From NCBI GenBank assembly GCA_038206875.1, contig JBBRAK010000001.1:1037-65036 (forward strand): 64,000 nt of DNA. The letters run 5' to 3'. Within the stretch, counting starts at the first letter, position 1. Each line of letters opens with the position of its first letter. This stretch comes from Candidatus Saccharimonadales bacterium. GTDB taxonomy: Bacteria > Patescibacteriota > Saccharimonadia > Saccharimonadales > JBBQAJ01. A program made the translations under genes and the position numbers. The notes below the pieces were generated by a model, which saw only the letters and a list, made by a program, of their open reading frames with translations, searched no databases and was not told the DNA's origin. Below are positions 34,712 through 44,073 of this stretch, one piece after another.

Positions 34712-35533
34712 ATGCGTAATAAACCAAGAGTTAATATAAAACTATTTATTTCTTTGATGGCGGGGTCATTGGCTTGTTTAATGGTACTTTTTTATGCACC
34801 AGTTTTCGCTATTGCAAGAGGTTATTTGAGTTCAGATTCTGGTTTGCAGACAGGTATGGTGGTTGCACTGGGCTTAGGAGAGGCGGGTGGTTCTAGTGTA
34901 GAGAGGGCGACGCAAGAAAGTAGTAGCAGAGTAGTGGGAATAGTTACCACCGTAGACAACAGCCTAGTAACGGTCAGTTCATTGCCTGCCAAGGTTTTGG
35001 TAGAGAGCGAAGGGCAGCCAGACGTTTATGTGAGCGATATAAACGGGCAGGTTAGCAAGGGTGATCTGTTGGTATTATCACCTCTTAAAGGTATTTTGAT
35101 GAAAGCAAGTGATTCCCAGGGCGCGGTCATCGGAATTGCTGCGGACAGTGCAACTCAAACAGCTACCTATAGCTACCAAGACGGCAGTCATACAAAGGAT
35201 ACGAAAATAGCTAAAATAAAAATAAACCTCAATCACCAAGGTGGCGCATCTGGAACACGGTCCAACGACTCCACGCTAGCAAAAATTGGCAGAGCGATTG
35301 CCGGTAAAGAAGTAAGTGAAATACGTGTTTTAGTGGCACTAATTCTTTTTGTCCTTGTGCTAATAGCTGAGGGAGCGATTATATACGGTGCCGTCTCTAG
35401 TGCTATCGTTGCGTTAGGGCGTAACCCTTTAGGGCGCAAAATTATTAATGGAGAGCTTATAAAGGTGGTTGCTATTGCTTTGTTGGTTTTGCTTGTCGGG
35501 CTAGCTGCTGTGTATGGAGTACTCCGTGTTTAA
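34712..35533 (+). CDS. Hypothetical membrane protein (N-terminal signal/anchor, extracytoplasmic domain, two C-terminal TM helices)
   Basis: The N-terminal segment is LFISLMAGSLACLMVLFYAPVFA. The C-terminal segments are IRVLVALILFVLVLIAEGAIIYGAV and VVAIALLVLLVGLAAVYGVL. It lies immediately upstream of the giant fibre gene. Confidence 0.6.
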   Translation: MRNKPRVNIKLFISLMAGSLACLMVLFYAPVFAIARGYLSSDSGLQTGMVVALGLGEAGGSSVERATQESSSRVVGIVTTVDNSLVTVSSLPAKVLVESEGQPDVYVSDINGQVSKGDLLVLSPLKGILMKASDSQGAVIGIAADSATQTATYSYQDGSHTKDTKIAKIKINLNHQGGASGTRSNDSTLAKIGRAIAGKEVSEIRVLVALILFVLVLIAEGAIIYGAVSSAIVALGRNPLGRKIINGELIKVVAIALLVLLVGLAAVYGVLRV

Positions 35534-35713
35534 GCCTACCAAAGATAATAACCTGTGTATAACCTGGCCAGATTCTATAAATTTTGTGTTCAAAAATATT
35601 TGCACAACGGAGTGACCTCTTGTACACTACTTGTGGGAAACTATAGCTAATAATAGCTAAAATGTACTTTTTACAGGGGTACAATTAAATAAAAAATTCC
35701 CAAATAAAAACAA

Positions 35714-38700
35714 ATGACCGTAATACAGCCAGAGGCTGTCACATCTACCTCTCCGGACTCCTCAAGTTCGGGTAAGGGAAATACTACCGACACATCGGCG
35801 TCCGTGGTCCAGTATGGCCTACCCCAAAATAACTTCCCCCTAGAAGATCTAGAATTTCATGCAGAAGGTAACTCTCCCAGCGCACCTCAAGTTGCTACTG
35901 CAGACGGAGTGTCTCCTAAGCGTGGTACTCTAGCCTTTTCTGGCCGTAAGGCAATGATAGTATCAATTGCTGTAACGGTGCTGGTAACTCTACTTACCGG
36001 TGTGAGTATGTTGTTACTGGCTAAAAATAGCCCAAAGACTAAGCAGTCCGGTCAAACAAATGTACAAACTCAAGACGTAACTCTAAAAGATGCTGAGATT
36101 AGAGCCCTTCCCAACGAATTGCAGGGAGCAAACCAATCTCTACTGGTAAATGGTGATTTAGTAACCAGGGGTAATTTAAAGTTTTCAAACAGTAATTTTA
36201 TATCTGTTCTTAAGGTCGAAAACTCTACGGCTAATCAGACATACGCATTACCAAACTCCAGCGGTACTATCTGTCTGGATAGTAATAATTGTAGCTATGT
36301 TACGTCGAATCAACTGCAAGTTCTTCAAACTCAGGTGGCAACAAACGCCGGCTCCCAAGGGAGTGGCGTAACGGCTTTAAATAACCAAGCCGGCAACATA
36401 ACACTGCAAGGTAGCGGAGGTTTAACAATTAGCGGTTCTGGCGGAAGTTTAAATTTAAATTTGCCACAAGATTTAACAACATCTGCAAGTCCCCAGTTTG
36501 CCGGGCTTACGGTAGCCGGGACCGTAAACGCCAGCAGTATTACTAGTTCAGGCCAGATTACATTTTTTGCAAATGGTCAAAGCTATATACTACCAACAAC
36601 TGGGGGTCCCGGGCAGACCATCTGTACGACTGGTATAACCTGTACGGCAGGTGGCGGAGAAGCCGTAGCTTTGGGTCCAAATGTGGCTGGGGTGTCGACC
36701 GCTCAACAAAACGCCTCGCCAATTAACTCATCGATATTTATAAATAACACTGGCGGTGCTAATTTATTGCAACTTCAATCAAGTGGTTCAGATGTGTTTT
36801 TAGTTGACAGTAGTGGAAATGTCACTGCAACGTCGTTCATCGGAACCGGCTCTGGACTTACTAGCCTAAATGCATCAAATATTAGTTTAGGGACATTGGC
36901 AGACAACAGACTTAGCGCAAATGTTGCGCTGTTGGATCGGCTTGGACAAACATTCACAGGAACTAATTTGTTCCAAAACACAAGCAACTCAGCGAATGCC
37001 GTACAAATAAAAACTTCCGCAGGAAGCGGTGGAGTCAGTTTGTTTAACGCGGATACAACTACTAACAGCGTATCTTTTGGTGGTTCAGCATTGTTCCAAA
37101 ACGCTACTGATTCTACAACTGCCTTTCAAATAAAAAGATCTGCTAGCTCTGGTGGAGATGCTCTATTGAGCGTCAGTACGTCTTTTATACCATCAATTAC
37201 AGTGGGTGGAACCGGTTCGGCAATCACGAATATACAGTCTGGAAATGGTGGAATCAGCGTTCAGCCTGCAGGCACAAGTGGCGGTGCAGTTACTATTCAG
37301 GCAGGAAACTACACGGGCAATACCGGCGGTAGTGTGTCAATTAATGCCGGAAGTGGTACTACCAACGGAAATATTAATATTGGAACTACCACAGCAAATA
37401 ATATAAGCATCGGCTCAACATCGTTAGCAGGTACCCTGTCTTTAGAAACTGGGACAGGACCAATTAACATAGGCACGGCTACTGGCAGCCGGACCATACA
37501 AATAGGTAGCTCAAGTTCTAGCTCTGGGACTCAGACGATAAATATTGGGAACAACAACACCAGTGGAGGCACAACAAATATAACGTTAGGTTCTGGCTCC
37601 TCAGCTACTGGCGGTACAACAACATTACAATCTAAGGGTGGGCTTAACTTGGGAAACAGTATTAGCTCAAGTATAGCTATTCAGCCAGCTTCGGGGGGAA
37701 CTGTGGGCATTGCAAATAATAATTCGGGTGCAACAATTAATATTGGCGCCACCGGTAGTAGTGCAACCACCACCACCGTTCATATAGCCGATTCGACAGG
37801 TAATGCTGCCCAAGCAGTCACAATTGGTGGAACTGGCAGTACTAGCACCACTACGCTACAGGCAGCCAATGCCACCGGCACTGGAGTTGCAATTACCGAC
37901 AATAGCACAACTTCCGGTACTGCACTACAAGTTACCGCAAACGGACTAAACACAGGCAATGGTGTAAATATATCTACAACACGTTCATTTGCTAGTGCTG
38001 GAGAATTAATAAGTGGAAACGTGCTTAACGTCAACCGTACACTGACAACTGGATTCAATAACCCAACCTATACGACACCACAGTTTGATGCATCATGTGA
38101 GTCGAATGTTACTAGTGGAATCGCTACTACTACGGATTGTTTAAGTTCATTGCTTCTATCCAAAACGACATCTGGACACGGTGGTCGAATTCTCCTTGTA
38201 TTTATAAGTACTATCAATAGCGCAGGCCCAACTTCTGTATCGTATCAACGTGACGGCGTTACTATTACGAACTTGTCCTTGTTGAGGGGTTCGTACGCGA
38301 CTGGTTCTGGCGGTGGAGTTTCGACATTCTCGTTTGTATATTACAAACTCCTAGACAGTGGTCTACCAATATCTGATGCAAATATTTGCGCTAGTGGCGA
38401 TGGACATTATTGTAGTATTCGTTCTACCGCCGCAAGTGGTACATGGCAGACCATGAACGCCGTTGCATACTACAATGTTGTCCAATCTGCACCGAATAGC
38501 AGTGGTACGGCTACTACAACATGTACAGGTGGAAACTCTTCCTGTGCCGCAACCACCACGATTACTCCCAGTAGCGTAAATGATTATGTGCTGGATTATG
38601 CCGGCACAGGAGACTCAAACAGTAATTACTATAATTTATATGACCCTTGGAATCACTATACACTTAGTAATCCATCGGGAACAACTACGTCGGAAGCGTG

Positions 38701-40951
38701 TTCAACTACAATTTTTTCGCCGTATTGCTATTCATCTGATCAAAATTTTGGAAATCGTAATGTCGAAGGTCATTTATGGTTAAATAAATGGTCCAGTGGT
38801 TCAAATTTTATAAATGCTAACACTTTCGGAATATCTATAAGTGGTTTCTATATTTCAAGTAACACTGGACTTAACGTCATGCAGGTAGCACTAACACCGA
38901 TATCTGTTCCGCTAACTGTAACAGGAAGTTTGGCGACTCTTCAGAGTAGTTGTTCGACACCATCTGGCGGATGTGGTTCGGATAATTCCAACATTTTAAC
39001 TCTTTCCCAGCTCGATACTGGGAATACAGGAGCGGTATTGAGCCTGCAAAATTCTGGTACGGGACTGGACATTCTTCTAGGAAGAGGAACAATAGATACA
39101 GGCACGACTTCAGGGAATAATATTAGTATTGGCACTCAAAGCTTCAGTCATAACGTTACTGTTGGCTCTCAAACCGGCACCAGCGCACTCACGCTAAACG
39201 CTGGCACAGGAACAATTAGCATCGGTACATCGGCTAGTGCACGCACAGTAAACATTGCTACAGGTGCAGCCGCTCAAACAGTCACAGTAGGCTCGACTAA
39301 CACCACTAGTACTCTAACTTTACAAGCTGGCTCTGGTAATATATCAGTTAAATCACCAAAGATTACATTTGCTGAAGCCGCGGATCGAACACTAGACGTA
39401 CAGACAAGAAGTACCAACGCTATTGGTAATAACTTGACCGTCAAAGCCGGCGACGCTGGGTCGGGTGCAAGTGCATTCGTGGGTGGTAATTTAGTTCTTC
39501 AAGCAGGAGATGCTGCTGGTACCGGAAACGCGGTTGGCGGTAGCGTCATTGTGCGGGTGGGTGCGAAAGTTGGCACCAGTACGGAAGGAGCATTTGATAT
39601 TCAAGATAGTAGTGGCAGTCCTTTCTTTAGAGCGAGAACTTCAGGTGGTGTTGGAGGAGGCGCGGCTGTTACGTGCGGGCTGTTCTTGACCAATACATGT
39701 ACCTATACCTCCGGCTTGGTTGGAACTAACAGCACCAGCACACATTTAAATATTGTGAGCCAAAACACAACTACAAATGGACTTGCCACAGGAAATATTA
39801 GTATAAACACAGGCAATGCGTCTGGAACCACGGCCAACTCGGGGACAATTACAATCGGAACAGGTACGGCAACCGGAACACCCGGGGGTGTAATTGTCAA
39901 AAATGGAACAAACTCAACCACTTCTTTCCAGATTCAAGACTCGGCAGGAACGTCAAATTTATTTGTAGCTGATACGTCCAATACTCGCATAGGAATCGGC
40001 ACCAATACACCATCAGCATTACTAGACGTGAAATACGCAAACTTCCAGGAGACACTCATAAACGGTGGTTCTATAGATATAACTAGCACAAATGCTGTTG
40101 TGCCTATAATAAATGTTAGTCAAACAAATCTTGGCGGGTCGCCACTGCTAAGTTTCAATACAAATTCTGCAAACGTATTGCAAGTTGCGAATGATGGAGC
40201 TATATTATCGCAAAACTACGCTGATTCTACTGATGCGTTCAAAATATTGAGAAAAACTGGGAACCAAAGATTATTTAGCGTAGATACACTCAATAGTACA
40301 CTATCTATTGGACAATTAGCTCCGGATCCAACAGTTAAGTTGTTGATAGATACAACTTTGATTGGCTTAAAAATTCATGTTTCTGCTGGTGCAAGCAAAG
40401 CATTAGTGATACAAGGGGACAAAGTCGGGGTTCCTACAGATATGTTTACAATATCTAACTCTGGGGCAGTATTGTCTAAAAATACAGCAGATTCAACGAC
40501 CGCGTTTGAAATTCAAAACACTTTAGGGACAGCCCTCCTGAGTGCAGACACCTCAGGTATGATACTTACAGTTAAGACTCTAGTTGTAAATGGGACATTA
40601 TCTGTAAATGGTCACGTTATTTCAGGGAATAGTAGCGGAACCACAACCATAGGTACTCCTGCAGGAGCAGCTTGTACTACGCCAACCCTAAATATCTCTG
40701 GCAACGACAGCTCAGGGAAAATATCAATAACAACAGGTACAGGGTGCGGTGCAACTGGTGTACTTGGAACGATTACATTTGCCAGTGCTTATGCATCGGC
40801 GCCACGAGTACTATTAACCCCTGCAAATGCTAGCGCAACCACAATCCAGTACTTCAATGGAGCCAGTAATACTACCACCTTCACGCTCAATACAAACACC
40901 GCGCCAGCAGACGCCACTCTGTACGAATACAACTACTGGGTAGTTCAATAG
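35714..40951 (+). CDS. Giant (1745 aa) membrane-anchored fibrous surface protein, G/S/T/N-rich beta-helix-like repeats, tail-fibre-like motif, lectin-like C-terminus
   Basis: This is an uninterrupted 5.2-kb ORF. One TM helix lies at about aa 80-103 (MIVSIAVTVLVTLLTGVSMLLLA). Repeats occur such as GTGPINIGTATGSRTIQIGS and GTGTISIGTSASARTVNIATG. The phage tail-fibre-like motif NTRIGIGTNTPSALLDV is at about nt 39985-40030. The C-terminus reads GTITFASAYASAPRVLLTPANAS. Confidence 0.8.
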   Translation: MTVIQPEAVTSTSPDSSSSGKGNTTDTSASVVQYGLPQNNFPLEDLEFHAEGNSPSAPQVATADGVSPKRGTLAFSGRKAMIVSIAVTVLVTLLTGVSMLLLAKNSPKTKQSGQTNVQTQDVTLKDAEIRALPNELQGANQSLLVNGDLVTRGNLKFSNSNFISVLKVENSTANQTYALPNSSGTICLDSNNCSYVTSNQLQVLQTQVATNAGSQGSGVTALNNQAGNITLQGSGGLTISGSGGSLNLNLPQDLTTSASPQFAGLTVAGTVNASSITSSGQITFFANGQSYILPTTGGPGQTICTTGITCTAGGGEAVALGPNVAGVSTAQQNASPINSSIFINNTGGANLLQLQSSGSDVFLVDSSGNVTATSFIGTGSGLTSLNASNISLGTLADNRLSANVALLDRLGQTFTGTNLFQNTSNSANAVQIKTSAGSGGVSLFNADTTTNSVSFGGSALFQNATDSTTAFQIKRSASSGGDALLSVSTSFIPSITVGGTGSAITNIQSGNGGISVQPAGTSGGAVTIQAGNYTGNTGGSVSINAGSGTTNGNINIGTTTANNISIGSTSLAGTLSLETGTGPINIGTATGSRTIQIGSSSSSSGTQTINIGNNNTSGGTTNITLGSGSSATGGTTTLQSKGGLNLGNSISSSIAIQPASGGTVGIANNNSGATINIGATGSSATTTTVHIADSTGNAAQAVTIGGTGSTSTTTLQAANATGTGVAITDNSTTSGTALQVTANGLNTGNGVNISTTRSFASAGELISGNVLNVNRTLTTGFNNPTYTTPQFDASCESNVTSGIATTTDCLSSLLLSKTTSGHGGRILLVFISTINSAGPTSVSYQRDGVTITNLSLLRGSYATGSGGGVSTFSFVYYKLLDSGLPISDANICASGDGHYCSIRSTAASGTWQTMNAVAYYNVVQSAPNSSGTATTTCTGGNSSCAATTTITPSSVNDYVLDYAGTGDSNSNYYNLYDPWNHYTLSNPSGTTTSEACSTTIFSPYCYSSDQNFGNRNVEGHLWLNKWSSGSNFINANTFGISISGFYISSNTGLNVMQVALTPISVPLTVTGSLATLQSSCSTPSGGCGSDNSNILTLSQLDTGNTGAVLSLQNSGTGLDILLGRGTIDTGTTSGNNISIGTQSFSHNVTVGSQTGTSALTLNAGTGTISIGTSASARTVNIATGAAAQTVTVGSTNTTSTLTLQAGSGNISVKSPKITFAEAADRTLDVQTRSTNAIGNNLTVKAGDAGSGASAFVGGNLVLQAGDAAGTGNAVGGSVIVRVGAKVGTSTEGAFDIQDSSGSPFFRARTSGGVGGGAAVTCGLFLTNTCTYTSGLVGTNSTSTHLNIVSQNTTTNGLATGNISINTGNASGTTANSGTITIGTGTATGTPGGVIVKNGTNSTTSFQIQDSAGTSNLFVADTSNTRIGIGTNTPSALLDVKYANFQETLINGGSIDITSTNAVVPIINVSQTNLGGSPLLSFNTNSANVLQVANDGAILSQNYADSTDAFKILRKTGNQRLFSVDTLNSTLSIGQLAPDPTVKLLIDTTLIGLKIHVSAGASKALVIQGDKVGVPTDMFTISNSGAVLSKNTADSTTAFEIQNTLGTALLSADTSGMILTVKTLVVNGTLSVNGHVISGNSSGTTTIGTPAGAACTTPTLNISGNDSSGKISITTGTGCGATGVLGTITFASAYASAPRVLLTPANASATTIQYFNGASNTTTFTLNTNTAPADATLYEYNYWVVQ

Positions 40952-41699
40952 TTAATCTTTATCTCCTCAAGGTGTTTACGTAGGATTGCTTAAACAGCGA
41001 CACAGGTGCCAATCACGGGAAGATATTTACCGTGCTTCTCAACATGGGGGTACGGCAGTAAAAGTACTAACCCCGTTAATTAATAATCTACATGTGGATT
41101 TCAGCCTTGTGTCAGATGCCAGGTTGGCTTGTGAATCACTACCATGTAATACGTCAGACTAGTAGCTTAGAAAGAATTATATATAATATTGTGCGACGTG
41201 CCGATTGTATAAAATTTCGAATACTGATCCACATTATGAAAGGGCAGGGTTTGTAAAATACATAAACCAAAACAAAAATACTAGTGCTTGTGAATATACC
41301 TCTTCAAGTATTACCGACTATACAGCCTCTCGATTCACTGCCACAAGGTAAGTAACACTACCGAAGAGGCTGAAAATATAAAACAGTTAGTATCAAAAGA
41401 CCACGAGCAACCTGAAATTTTTTCAAGCGTAAATGCAGTAGAGTAAATTGTGCAAGAGGACCACAAGCCATAAAGAACTAGTACGATAAGGCTAGTACTG
41501 TAGGGACAGCTGACTTTATTGTTACGGATATGATGCTGAACGTCGATTGTAGACTCTGAGTGGCTATGACATCATACTTCTGCCAAAAAAGGTGGTCAGC
41601 GTAGCAAAATTTCCATGCTTGTAGGTGTCTCACTTCATTTACTCGAGGATGTTTTAGTGCTAGTCTAAGGGGTAACCACTAGAGGGAAATATCACCGAG

Positions 41700-42458
41700 A
41701 TGACAAATATTATAGCTGTGCTGAACCAAAAAGGCGGAGTCGGTAAGACTACATCAACGATTAATTTAGCCGCATATTTAGTTAAATCCGGAAAATCTGT
41801 TTTGATTGTAGACTTTGACCCACAAGGTAACGCAACCAGCGGACTGGGGCTAGATGGCGGACCGGTTAAAACAAGTTACGAGGTCATGCTTGGACTCGAC
41901 AAGGCTGAAAGTGCAATTTTGGTTTCGCCCGACAGTGGAATTTCATTGATTCCTGCAAATAATAACTTAGCAGCAGCAGAACTGGAGCTAAAAGATCAAC
42001 CAAACAGGGAAAGCATGCTTAAAAACATGCTTGAAAATCTGAAGTATGACTATATCTTAATAGACTGCCCACCGGCGTTGAGTCTACTAACGATAAATGC
42101 ACTTACGGCATCTAACTGGCTGTTGATACCAGTACAGGCGGAATTTTTTGCGATGGAAGGTATTGGTCAGCTAATGGAAGTATTTCAGCGTGTCAAACAA
42201 ACTACAAATACAAATTTGAATTTGTTGGGGGTGCTTGTGACAATGTATGATGGTCGTACGTCTTTGGCGGAGCAAGTTGTAGATGAACTAAGTAAATATT
42301 TTGGCGATGTTGTTTTCAAGACGTACATTCCACGAAATGTGCGCTTGGCAGAAGCTCCAAGCTATGGAAAGCCAATTTCTGAGCATGACAAATGGTCAAA
42401 AGGCGCAAGGGCGTATAAGCAGTTTACCAAGGAGGTGATAAAACGTGTCGAAGGGTAG
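41700..42458 (+). CDS. parA: Chromosome partitioning ATPase ParA/Soj
   Basis: It has the deviant Walker A NQKGGVGKTT, then VDFDPQGN and LIDCPP. Confidence 0.95.
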   Translation: MTNIIAVLNQKGGVGKTTSTINLAAYLVKSGKSVLIVDFDPQGNATSGLGLDGGPVKTSYEVMLGLDKAESAILVSPDSGISLIPANNNLAAAELELKDQPNRESMLKNMLENLKYDYILIDCPPALSLLTINALTASNWLLIPVQAEFFAMEGIGQLMEVFQRVKQTTNTNLNLLGVLVTMYDGRTSLAEQVVDELSKYFGDVVFKTYIPRNVRLAEAPSYGKPISEHDKWSKGARAYKQFTKEVIKRVEG

Positions 42459-43302
42459 TTTACATTTAGGCAGAGGTCTTGAGAGCTTGTTGCCGTCTGA
42501 TTTCGACAAAAGTTTGTTGAGTAATGATGAGCGGATAAAAAGCCTACCTTTATCGCAGATTGTACCTAATCCTAACCAGCCTCGTAAGCAGTTTGACGAA
42601 AAACTTATTTCTGAATTGGCAGACTCAATTCGCGAACACGGAGTACTACAGCCAATTATTGTTGCTACTATTGACAAAGGTTTTGAGATTGTTGCCGGTG
42701 AGCGTAGATGGCGAGCGTCCAAGCTGGCTGGGCTGAAGACAATACCAGCAATTGTACGGGACAAAGCAAAGCTACAACGACTGGAGATAGCACTCATAGA
42801 AAACGTCCAGCGAGTTGATTTATCACCAATTGAACAGGCGCTTTCAATCGAACACCTGCATGAACAGTTCAATCTGAGTTATACTCAGATTGCACAAAAA
42901 CTTGGCAAAGCTTCTCCTACGGTGAACAACATTGTTAGGCTTTTACAGCTTCCAGGCAACGCACGCGATGCATTGCAGTCGGGGCATATTTCAGAAGGTC
43001 ACGCTCGGTCTATTTTGGCGCTAAAAAATATACCAGAGCTACAATCAAAATTGTTGGAGCTGATTCAGTCGCAAGCGTGGTCTGTTCGTCAGGCAGAGCA
43101 ATTTGTAACTGCTCACAAACAGGGAGTAAAAACTTCAAGCGTGATAAAAAAGCGAACAGTCAAAGAAACCCCAGAGACTGTAAAATTATCGAAAAACTTA
43201 GGAACAAAAGTTACAATTCACCATACCGCAAAGGGGGGTAAGTTAGAAATATATTTTAAAGACGAAAATGATTTAAAAGATCTGTATCAAAAACTCAGCT
43301 AA
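42445..43302 (+). CDS. parB: Chromosome partitioning protein ParB/Spo0J
   Basis: It starts at GTG after AGGAGG. It has IVPNPNQPRK, GVLQPIIV, AGERRWRASKLAG and an HTH segment QIAQKLGKASPTVNNIVRLL. Confidence 0.95.
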   Translation: MSKGSLHLGRGLESLLPSDFDKSLLSNDERIKSLPLSQIVPNPNQPRKQFDEKLISELADSIREHGVLQPIIVATIDKGFEIVAGERRWRASKLAGLKTIPAIVRDKAKLQRLEIALIENVQRVDLSPIEQALSIEHLHEQFNLSYTQIAQKLGKASPTVNNIVRLLQLPGNARDALQSGHISEGHARSILALKNIPELQSKLLELIQSQAWSVRQAEQFVTAHKQGVKTSSVIKKRTVKETPETVKLSKNLGTKVTIHHTAKGGKLEIYFKDENDLKDLYQKLS

Positions 43303-43961
43303 AAGAACGATTTAAAGCCGTTGATTGGGAATACCCTCAGGGCAAGTTTGCCTACTATATCGTTTGAAGATACTGTACCAAACGCCCTAGAGTCTAGAGA
43401 GTTTGTGCGGTTATCGCCGTTCACAAACACTTCCCCCTCGGGGACTTGTAAGTCAATATTCCCCGATGTGACAGAGGCAATATTTTGTGAATAATCATGG
43501 TTTATGTCCGGATTAAATCCATCTGGGAATTCTGCAGAATATATAGTGATGTGGTTGTCTTGGACGACAACTCTATCACCGGGTAACCCAACTACACGTT
43601 TAATTAGTTGTTTTTCGTGCGCACCTCCGTATTCGTCGAACAGACCCTTTTTAGCAAAAACAATAATATCTCCCCTTGCGGGTATGTAGTGCCTATTTGT
43701 TATGCGAGCCACGGTTTTTGGAAGTTTCCATACAATCAATCTGTCACGGTTTTGTAGGGTTGTTTCCATACTTGGACCGTCAACTTCGTAGGACTGAAAT
43801 ACAAATGCGGTAAGAGTAAGTGCGACTAATGGTGCGGCAATCAAAATTGCTATTGTAGACAACGCACCTATCCATTTGCTGGGAGGTTTCTGGGTGTTAA
43901 AAGTGGGCGTTCTATCACTTGCACCGGAAGATGTAACTGGTATACTGGGAGTCTGTTGCAT
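43299..43961 (-). CDS. lepB: Signal peptidase I
   Basis: It has a TM anchor, GPSMETTL (catalytic Ser), RGDIIVF, KRVVGLPGD and GDNRTNSLDSR. Confidence 0.92.
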   Translation of the reverse strand: MQQTPSIPVTSSGASDRTPTFNTQKPPSKWIGALSTIAILIAAPLVALTLTAFVFQSYEVDGPSMETTLQNRDRLIVWKLPKTVARITNRHYIPARGDIIVFAKKGLFDEYGGAHEKQLIKRVVGLPGDRVVVQDNHITIYSAEFPDGFNPDINHDYSQNIASVTSGNIDLQVPEGEVFVNGDNRTNSLDSRAFGTVSSNDIVGKLALRVFPINGFKSFF

Positions 43962-44073
43962 TCAGGCAATCACTATAGCGCATTTTGCAGTACATTGACA
44001 TAAGCATATGTTTTGAAAATGATACAGCACTTCCGATTTTTCACCATAACCGCTATAATCACAAGTCATATAT

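Noticed and set aside
41091-41267. 58-aa plus-strand ORF (MWISALCQMPGWLVNHYHV...) inside the ORF-free region.
   Set aside because: It has no Shine-Dalgarno or promoter-adjacent start, an odd composition and no motif. It cannot be supported as a gene from sequence alone.
41299-41369. 71-nt segment with a 7-bp terminal pairing (CCTCTTC/GAAGAGG) and two internal 4-bp hairpins, superficially cloverleaf-like.
   Set aside because: It has no anticodon stem, no GTTC T-loop and no conserved D-loop residues in either orientation. It is not a tRNA or a convincing tRNA pseudogene.
40952-41699. oriC hypothesis for the 750-bp ORF-free region next to parAB.
   Set aside because: Only degenerate DnaA-box-like sequences are present. 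Genes on both sides are co-oriented on the plus strand, so there is no strand switch. dnaA and dnaN are absent from the window. I keep it only as a minor alternative in the finding.
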